From an archaeon (GTDB taxonomy: Archaea > Iainarchaeota > Iainarchaeia > Iainarchaeales > CSSED10-239), in assembly GCA_035400625.1 (NCBI GenBank), contig DAOMZT010000002.1, positions 60,001-92,000 of the forward strand: a stretch of 32,000 bases of DNA, written 5' to 3'. Under the pieces are notes generated by a model. The model did not search any database. It was not told the DNA's origin and was given only the letters and a program-made list of their open reading frames with translations. The position numbers were made by a program, and so were the translations under genes. Numbering within the stretch: position 1 is the stretch's first letter; each line of letters starts with the position of its first letter. Below, one piece after another: positions 13,696 to 20,393 of the stretch.

Positions 13696-15929
13696 TTAAT
13701 TCTTACATATTTTTGTAGTTTTTTTTGATTAATCCCTAATTCTGCTAGTTCATTATAACCATATCCTGCCTTTATAAGTTGATCTGGACTATATCCTGCC
13801 TTATATAATTCTTTTGCAGAAAAGCCAAGTGGTCTTAATTCTCTTGCAGAATATCTAATTACTCTTAGTTGTCTAGCATCTAAACCTAATTTCCATACAT
13901 CTTTTGCAGGATAGCCAGCATAGTAAAGTTCTCTAGGATAAAAGCCAACATCATGTAGCTCTTTTGCAGAATAACCTGCATCTCTTAAAGATGCTGCATC
14001 AAAGCCTGCGCCTCTAAGCTCTTTTGCAGAATATGCTTTTTTTAAGTCATAAGCACTATAACTTGCAGCTCTCATTTCTTTAGCTGTATAGCCAGCTTTA
14101 GCAAACTCTGTTACGTCGATATCAAGATCTGCAAGTTCTTTTGCTAAATATCCTGCATCTTTTATAACCTTTAGATCAAAGCCAGCAAAATAAAGCTCTC
14201 TTGCTGTAAAGCCAAGATTATGGAATTGATCTGCAGAATACCCGACACCAAGAAGCTCTTTAGCATCAAATTCTGCATCTCTTAAATCATACAAACTATA
14301 GCCTGCCAAATGAATCTCCAGAGCAGAAAAACCTGCTTTCTTTAATTCTTTTACTGAACAGCCTTTTGCTATAAATTCGCTTAACTCACAACCACAAATT
14401 TTTACTTCATATAATGGACAGCCAGCATCCATTAATTGTGCACAGGAAAGACCTGCTTGAGATAGTTCTCTAGTTGTAAATCCAGAATAATATAATTCTG
14501 CAGGAGAATAGCCAAACAACAGCAAGTCTTTAGCAGAATAATTAAGATATCTTAATTCTTCTAAACTAAATTCTTCTTTTTTCTCTTTTGCTGTCAAAAG
14601 ATCTCTTAGTTCAAAAATCTCTATTAGTTTATAGCCAGCATCTTTTAGATCTCTTACAGAATAGCCAGCCCTATACATGTCTCTTGCAGAAATTCCCGCC
14701 TCTCTTAATTGCTTTAAGGTTACACCTAATGGCACTAAATCTTTTATTCTAAAACCTTCTCTTAGAAGATCAGTAACTGTTATTCCTTCATCAAATAGAT
14801 CTTGAATATTTATTTTTTCTTTATCTATCAGGTCTAAAAGAGTATAACCAGCAAGTAATAATTCGTTAATGGTGTATGCCTTCTTTAAATCATCAAGAGT
14901 ATAGCCAGCTTCTATTAGTTCTTTAGCATTATAGCCAGCAACTTTTAGTTTCTTGACTGGGACATTTAGTTTATATAGGTCTTTTGCAGGATATTGTGCA
15001 TATGCGACAACATCTTCACTAAATTTGGCTTTTAATAAGTCTTTTGCAGAGTAGCCTATATCCTTTAGTTCTTTTGCTGAATAGCCTGCTCTTTTAAGCT
15101 CAGCCAAAGTGTATTTTGCTTTCTTTAAATCTTGAGCAGAAAAGCCTAAAGTAAAAAGATACTTAGAACTAAATTTCATTTTTTTAAGTCTTGTAGCTGT
15201 ATATTTTGCTTTCTTTAGTCTTGTGTGGTTATAGCCTAATTGTAATAATTTCTTTGCAGACGTTTTTTTACTTAATAACTCAGAAAGCTTTAATGGTTTT
15301 TTCTTTTTCTTAACTATTTTGGATTTTTTAGGTTCTTTCTTTTTTTCTTCTTTAAAACCTAGAGCATTTAGTTCTGCATTAGTAAATCCTGCTTTTTTAA
15401 GATCATTATAAGTATATTTCATTCCTAAAAATATAGTGCGATTAGCTTTTACTTTTTGTAGATCTTTAGCATATCTGTGGATATTTATTTTTCTCTTTTT
15501 TAATAACGATACATCGATTGGTGAAATTATAAATCTTTTTGGAGAATTAAGTTGCTTATCTAGTTTTTCTAGAACTTCTTTTTTGGTTAGGCTTGCTGTT
15601 GCTTTTATTGGTTTGTTTTCTTTAGGTTTTGCTTGTTTTGGTTTTTTTGGCACATTAAGAGTAAAACCTAGTTTTTTTAATTCTGGGTTAGTAAATCCAG
15701 CATTCTTTAAATCTTTTATTGTGTATTTTAAACCTAAGTAAATGGTGTGATTAGCATTTACTTTTTGTAAATCTTTAGCATATCTACTAATGTTTATTTT
15801 TTTCTTCTTTAATAATGATATATCGATTGGTGAAATAATAAATTTAGTTGGAGAATTAAGTTGTTTATTTAGTTTATCAACTACTTCTTTTTTGGTTAAA
15901 CTAACTGTTGCTTTTTTTATTTTTTTCAT
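13674..15929 (-). CDS. 751-aa repeat protein with two ~100-aa N-terminal modules followed by ~50 tandem copies of a 10-residue repeat (consensus about A-G-[YF]-[ST]-A-[KR]-[ED]-L-x-x); no signal peptide
   Basis: The strict 10-aa register can be read directly, for example AGYSAKELKD IGYSAKDLLK ... AGYSAKELHD VGFYPRELYY AGYPAKDVWK LGLDARQLRV IRYSARELRP LGFSAKELYK AGYSPDQLIK. An AGGAG motif precedes the ATG at 15929. Confidence 0.8.
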   Translation of the reverse strand: MKKIKKATVSLTKKEVVDKLNKQLNSPTKFIISPIDISLLKKKKINISRYAKDLQKVNANHTIYLGLKYTIKDLKNAGFTNPELKKLGFTLNVPKKPKQAKPKENKPIKATASLTKKEVLEKLDKQLNSPKRFIISPIDVSLLKKRKINIHRYAKDLQKVKANRTIFLGMKYTYNDLKKAGFTNAELNALGFKEEKKKEPKKSKIVKKKKKPLKLSELLSKKTSAKKLLQLGYNHTRLKKAKYTATRLKKMKFSSKYLFTLGFSAQDLKKAKYTLAELKRAGYSAKELKDIGYSAKDLLKAKFSEDVVAYAQYPAKDLYKLNVPVKKLKVAGYNAKELIEAGYTLDDLKKAYTINELLLAGYTLLDLIDKEKINIQDLFDEGITVTDLLREGFRIKDLVPLGVTLKQLREAGISARDMYRAGYSVRDLKDAGYKLIEIFELRDLLTAKEKKEEFSLEELRYLNYSAKDLLLFGYSPAELYYSGFTTRELSQAGLSCAQLMDAGCPLYEVKICGCELSEFIAKGCSVKELKKAGFSALEIHLAGYSLYDLRDAEFDAKELLGVGYSADQFHNLGFTARELYFAGFDLKVIKDAGYLAKELADLDIDVTEFAKAGYTAKEMRAASYSAYDLKKAYSAKELRGAGFDAASLRDAGYSAKELHDVGFYPRELYYAGYPAKDVWKLGLDARQLRVIRYSARELRPLGFSAKELYKAGYSPDQLIKAGYGYNELAELGINQKKLQKYVRINYKGFVF
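15344..15911 (-). repeat. Internal tandem duplication (about 312-bp period) encoding two copies of a ~100-aa module within the 751-aa gene
   Basis: Residues ~7-104 and ~111-200 are collinear: SLTKKEV(V/L).KL.KQLNSP..FIISPID.SLLKK.KINI.RYAKDLQKV.AN.TI.LG.KYT..DLK.AGFTN.EL. The nucleotide similarity is visible (for example 15469.. versus 15781..) but imperfect. Confidence 0.8.
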
Positions 15930-16098
15930 GTTTTTTAACTCCTAGAATTATTAACTGAATACAGTTATTTGTTATATATGTTATGTATGAAAAGCTTTAT
16001 AATCTTTAGGCAAAAGAAAGCTTTATATACTCTTTTTTTTATAAATATATATAGTGAGCTTAATTTCAGCTCAAACCATTTCTATTACAAAAAAAATT

Positions 16099-16106
16099 AA
16101 GGAGGT
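16099..16106 (+). promoter_or_regulatory. Shine-Dalgarno-like AAGGAGGT, 6 nt upstream of the ATG at 16113
   Basis: Read directly from the sequence. TATA-like TTTATATA (16023..16030) and TTTATAAATATATA (16038..) lie further upstream in the divergent spacer. Confidence 0.5.
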
Positions 16107-16112
16107 ATATAA

Positions 16113-16463
16113 ATGGCGAAAAAGGAAACAAAGATAGGAGCCTATATATTCATTGCAGGAATTGTAATTGCAATAATTTCTGGAATATTAATGAATTTTA
16201 TGGATCCAGTAATAATAACATCTGTGTTAATGATATTGGGTCTTATTGTAGGATTCTTAAATGTAACAGATAAAGAAGTTAAAGACTACTTACTTACAGC
16301 GGTATGTCTTGTAATTGTTACAGCTCTTGGAGGGGCATCAATACAAAATTTAATGATTATTGGGCCATACTTAGCAGGAGTTTTGCATTCAATTATGATA
16401 TTTACCATACCTACTGCAATAGTAGTTGCATTAAAAGAAATAGTTTCTATAGCTAAAAACTAA
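16113..16463 (+). CDS. Small integral membrane protein (3-4 helices), function unknown
   Basis: It has a strong Shine-Dalgarno-like motif and a hydrophobic profile throughout. A T-rich tract follows the stop codon. Confidence 0.55.
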   Translation: MAKKETKIGAYIFIAGIVIAIISGILMNFMDPVIITSVLMILGLIVGFLNVTDKEVKDYLLTAVCLVIVTALGGASIQNLMIIGPYLAGVLHSIMIFTIPTAIVVALKEIVSIAKN

Positions 16464-16573
16464 AGAAATTTTTCTTTTTTCTTCTTTTTCTTCTTATTTT
16501 AAATAGATTTTTGCTATTTTTTTTAATCTACTAAATTTGAAAGAATAGTTAAATTTTGTCTAACAAATAGTAT

Positions 16574-17059
16574 TTATTTTGGGATTATTAATCCGCCAAT
16601 ATATTCTTGTTTAAAAATTTCTTTTTTTTTTAAAAATATTTTTTCTATTCCTGAAAAATCAGTTATATTCCCTTTAATATTATTAGTATATTTATAATTT
16701 TCAAAACTATAGCTCTTTGGTCCCCTATATGGCGCCTTTGTGTTTACTTGAGCCAAAGCCAATTTTAGAAAACCAAATGTTTCTTTTGCAAAGTCAATAT
16801 TTCCGTGATATTTCTTACTCATTCCTCCAGAATAAGCCATGGCCCACACTGGTTGTTTATTAAATCTTACAATCTCTTGACCAGGGGCAAAGAAAAAACC
16901 ACAATAACTATCTCTATATTCCCAATTTCCTCTTTTATATTCTAATTCTTTAAAGTGTGGTCTTTGTGCTTTTACCTCTTTTGCATCAATATTTGCATAT
17001 GTCTTTATTTTTGCCTCAACTAAAAATTCAGCAAGTTCTTTTAATTTTAAATTATTCAT
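16574..17059 (-). CDS. Conserved hypothetical protein, DUF5680-like (assigned from memory of the family pattern)
   Basis: The pattern FLVEAK..TYA...ELEYKRGNWEYRDSYCGFFFAPGQEIV...PVWAMAYSGGM...PYRGP resembles my recollection of DUF5680 family proteins. It lies 9 nt downstream of glmS. Confidence 0.4.
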   Translation of the reverse strand: MNNLKLKELAEFLVEAKIKTYANIDAKEVKAQRPHFKELEYKRGNWEYRDSYCGFFFAPGQEIVRFNKQPVWAMAYSGGMSKKYHGNIDFAKETFGFLKLALAQVNTKAPYRGPKSYSFENYKYTNNIKGNITDFSGIEKIFLKKKEIFKQEYIGGLIIPK

Positions 17060-17068
17060 TTTTCCCTC

Positions 17069-18904
17069 TTATTCTACAGTTACTGATTTTGCAAGATTTC
17101 TTGGTTGATCAATAGGACAATTTTTTAAGTCAGCTATATAATAAGCTAAAAGTTGCATAGGAATAACATTAACAAAAGGCGTTAAATTTGTACAGATTGA
17201 TGGAACAAAGATAACATGATTACATAATTTTTCTATCTCTTCATCTCCTTGAGTAGCTAACGCAATAATTCTTGCACCTCTTGCTTTTGCCTCATGTATG
17301 TTAGATAAAACTTTTTCATAGTTTAAATCACTGTTTGCAATAACCACTACTGGCAAGCCTTCATCAATTAAAGCAATGGGTCCGTGTTTCATCTCTGCTG
17401 CCGGATAGCCTTCTGCATGGATATAAGATATTTCTTTTAGTTTCAAAGCGCCCTCTAGGGCGATAGGGTAATTGATGCCTCGTCCAAGATATAGTGCGTT
17501 TTTACAGGTAAAATATTCTTTTGCAATTTCTTTTATTTTATTTTCATTATCTTTCTTTAACTCCCCTCTTACTATTTGTGGCAATTCCAAAAGGTTATTT
17601 ATCAATTTTTTTGCGACACTGTCATCTATGCTTTCTATTATTCTTCCAATATAAAGTGTTAAAAGATTCAAACACACCAATTGGCTTGTAAATGCTTTTG
17701 TTGAAGCAACCCCTATCTCTGGCCCTGCTCTTATGTAAATTCCGCCATCACATTCTCTAGCAATAGTGGAACCAACAACATTAACAATACCTATTACCTT
17801 TGCTCCTTTTTTCTTTGCTTCCCTAACAGCTGCCAGGGTATCTGCAGTTTCTCCTGATTGGCTTATTGCAATAACCAAAGTATTATTGTCAATTATTGGG
17901 TTTCTGTATCTAAACTCAGAAGCATAATCCACTTCTACTGGTATTCTTAAGAAACCCTCCATAGAAAACTTAGCAACAAGGCCACAATGCCATGATGTGC
18001 CACAAGCAACAATAATTATTCTTTTAATATTTTTTATTTGCTCTGTAGTTAGGTTTATACCACCTAATTTAGCAGTATTATTTTCAAAATCAATTCTTCC
18101 TAATATTGCTTGCTTAATAGTTTCTGGTTGTTCATGTATTTCTTTTAACATAAAATGCTTATAGCCTTGTTTTTCTATCTCTTCTAGATTCATTTCTATC
18201 TCTGTGGTTTCTTTATCCAAAGTTATATTATCAAGAGAAGTAATCTCACAACCTCCATTAATACAAGCAATCTCGTTATCTTCTAAATAGATTACTTTTT
18301 TGGTGTGTTCAATTATTGCAGAAATATCGCTTGCAACAAAATATTCATCTTCTCCAATTCCAATAATTATTGGAGAACCACATCTTGCAACAATTAGTTC
18401 TTTACCTTGTTTATCCATAACCACAAGACCAAAACTTCCAACTACTTTTTTTAAGGTTTTTTGAACTGCTTTTTTTAAGTCTCCAGAATAGAACTTTTCA
18501 ATTAAGTGTGCTAAAACTTCAGTGTCTGTTTCTGACTTGAAAACGTGACCTTCTTTTTCTAAAAATTTCTTTAAAGTTTCAAAGTTTTCAATTATGCCAT
18601 TATGAACTAGAGCGATATTTCCTTTACAATCTGTTTGAGGATGGGCATTTACTACATTGGGCTCTCCATGTGTTGCCCATCTAGTGTGTGCAATTCCTAT
18701 ATTTGCCTGTGGGTTGTTTTTTTTAACTTCTTCTTCTAGATTTATTATCTTTCCTTTGGCTTTAATAATTTTAAGCTCTTTAGTCTTGTTATCAATGACA
18801 GCTAATCCACAAGAATCATAGCCTCTATATTCTAGTCTTTTAATTCCATTAATTAATATAGGAACACAATCTTTTTTTCCAAAATATGCACTTATACCAC
18901 ACAT
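17069..18904 (-). CDS. glmS: Glutamine--fructose-6-phosphate aminotransferase (isomerizing)
   Basis: 611 aa. The N-terminal Ntn nucleophile is MCGI. Class II glutaminase blocks are present (GIAHTRWATHG, HNGIIEN). There are two SIS domains (SQSGETADT). The canonical C-terminus is LAKSVTVE. Confidence 0.95.
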   Translation of the reverse strand: MCGISAYFGKKDCVPILINGIKRLEYRGYDSCGLAVIDNKTKELKIIKAKGKIINLEEEVKKNNPQANIGIAHTRWATHGEPNVVNAHPQTDCKGNIALVHNGIIENFETLKKFLEKEGHVFKSETDTEVLAHLIEKFYSGDLKKAVQKTLKKVVGSFGLVVMDKQGKELIVARCGSPIIIGIGEDEYFVASDISAIIEHTKKVIYLEDNEIACINGGCEITSLDNITLDKETTEIEMNLEEIEKQGYKHFMLKEIHEQPETIKQAILGRIDFENNTAKLGGINLTTEQIKNIKRIIIVACGTSWHCGLVAKFSMEGFLRIPVEVDYASEFRYRNPIIDNNTLVIAISQSGETADTLAAVREAKKKGAKVIGIVNVVGSTIARECDGGIYIRAGPEIGVASTKAFTSQLVCLNLLTLYIGRIIESIDDSVAKKLINNLLELPQIVRGELKKDNENKIKEIAKEYFTCKNALYLGRGINYPIALEGALKLKEISYIHAEGYPAAEMKHGPIALIDEGLPVVVIANSDLNYEKVLSNIHEAKARGARIIALATQGDEEIEKLCNHVIFVPSICTNLTPFVNVIPMQLLAYYIADLKNCPIDQPRNLAKSVTVE

Positions 18905-18947
18905 AATTATAAATTAAACAACGAAACAATTAAAAAGAGAAAAGAAA

Positions 18948-20360
18948 TTAACAATATTTTGTATATTTACAACAACCACTAAAATCTTTAGATACTGAAA
19001 TATAATTTTTACTACAATCTATATTATTTATATCAACACCGGTAATCCTTTGATACTGGAAAGGATACTTGAGTGTTCCTTTACTTAATTTATCTTCTAA
19101 ATAATCATATTTTACTGATCCTGCAATTTTTTTACTACCTGAGGCGTGAATATATTTGTGTTTCCCAGATTCTACCCCAACATATATTGCAGCATGTCCA
19201 AAAATTCCTGCACTTTTTGTATTTAAAGACAAGAAATCTCCTGGTTTTAAATTATCCAAATCAGACTTATTTTTTATATTTCCAACAATCCCTTTTATAT
19301 GTCCTTTGTTATTTTCTAAATAATCTGCAAATGCACAACCGCTACTAAACATCTGCAAACAACTTGCAGAATCATCTAAATATCCTAAATCTCTTAATAC
19401 TACATATTTTAAACCAACACAATCAAAATCAGATTTTAATTTTCCTATTCCTTTAACAGTATATCCATTTCTTCCTTCCCATTTATATTTTCTGCCAAGA
19501 TATTTTTCTGCTTGATTTAAAATTTTTAAACCAATTTGTGAATTTATGGTTGAATGATACATGGTTGGTTTATCTGATTGCTTTTCTTCCGTTATTGGCA
19601 CAGGGTCTTCTTTTATTACTGGCGCTCTTGTGAATTTAATTGCATCAAAATCCCACCTATCTAAACAACTTTTTTGAACATTGCATTTTTTTCCTTTACA
19701 ATAAAAATCAACTATTTTTTTATTTATTTTACATAAATTAAAAATAGAATGTTCTTTGTTATCTAGAACATAAAGATTTACATATGCTAAATTTATTAAT
19801 TGGCTATCATCAGAGAACTGCATAAATATTAAAACAAACAGATTATTTTCTGTGCCTTTTTCTATATTAAATTCAAACAGATTTTGTGTACCAAAAATAA
19901 AATTTATCAAATCCCAATAGTCTATTTTAAAAGTATTATTTATTATATAATTTGATTGATTTGCATAATTTTTAAAAGAATGAGTTTTTGCAGATTCTTT
20001 AATATTGCTAGCAGGATTGTTTAAATAAAAATTATTAATTTCATCTAAAATATCATTTAGTTCAGTATCTATATCATATAGTTTTTCAGGAGTAGTAATT
20101 ATTGCAAATATTGGCTGATCTTTATTAAACCCTGATAAATGAACTTGTATGGTTTTGGTTTTATTCTTGTAATCAATAATGTATGATTCTGGAGAATCTA
20201 TTGTTTTTGCTTTATGCCAGACATTATCTATTTTATAAGATACATCTTTAATTTCTAATAAATTGTAGTTATACTGAGAATAAATAGTTTCGCTGGCATT
20301 AACTTGTTGCAATAAGAATAATAAAGAAAATAAAACAAAAATTATATTTCTTTTATTCAT
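18948..20360 (-). CDS. Secreted 470-aa protein: N-terminal module shared with the 925-aa neighbour, plus a C-terminal NlpC/P60 domain and Cys-rich tail
   Basis: Signal peptide IIFVLFSLLFLLQQVNA. NlpC/P60 motifs are KYKWEGRNGY, FDCVGLKYVV, PGDFLSL, FGHAAIYVG and YIHASG. The tail DCSKNYISVSKDFSGCCKYTKYC parallels the tail of the 1072-aa protein. Confidence 0.75.
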   Translation of the reverse strand: MNKRNIIFVLFSLLFLLQQVNASETIYSQYNYNLLEIKDVSYKIDNVWHKAKTIDSPESYIIDYKNKTKTIQVHLSGFNKDQPIFAIITTPEKLYDIDTELNDILDEINNFYLNNPASNIKESAKTHSFKNYANQSNYIINNTFKIDYWDLINFIFGTQNLFEFNIEKGTENNLFVLIFMQFSDDSQLINLAYVNLYVLDNKEHSIFNLCKINKKIVDFYCKGKKCNVQKSCLDRWDFDAIKFTRAPVIKEDPVPITEEKQSDKPTMYHSTINSQIGLKILNQAEKYLGRKYKWEGRNGYTVKGIGKLKSDFDCVGLKYVVLRDLGYLDDSASCLQMFSSGCAFADYLENNKGHIKGIVGNIKNKSDLDNLKPGDFLSLNTKSAGIFGHAAIYVGVESGKHKYIHASGSKKIAGSVKYDYLEDKLSKGTLKYPFQYQRITGVDINNIDCSKNYISVSKDFSGCCKYTKYC

Positions 20361-20393
20361 ATTTTTTCCTTAAGAGAATGATGGTTTTTTATT

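Noticed and set aside
13724-15314. The periodic repeat region considered as a CRISPR array or DNA-level satellite
   Set aside because: The periodicity is 30 nt at the protein level only. Nucleotide copies are degenerate, there is no repeat-spacer structure, and the region is one uninterrupted ORF.
13724-15314. Calling the decapeptide protein a canonical pentapeptide-repeat (A(D/N)LXX) protein
   Set aside because: Only every second pentad has a small residue at the inward-facing i-2 position. The other pentad has Lys/Arg there and Glu/Asp at i-1. The assignment is left open pending a profile or structure search.
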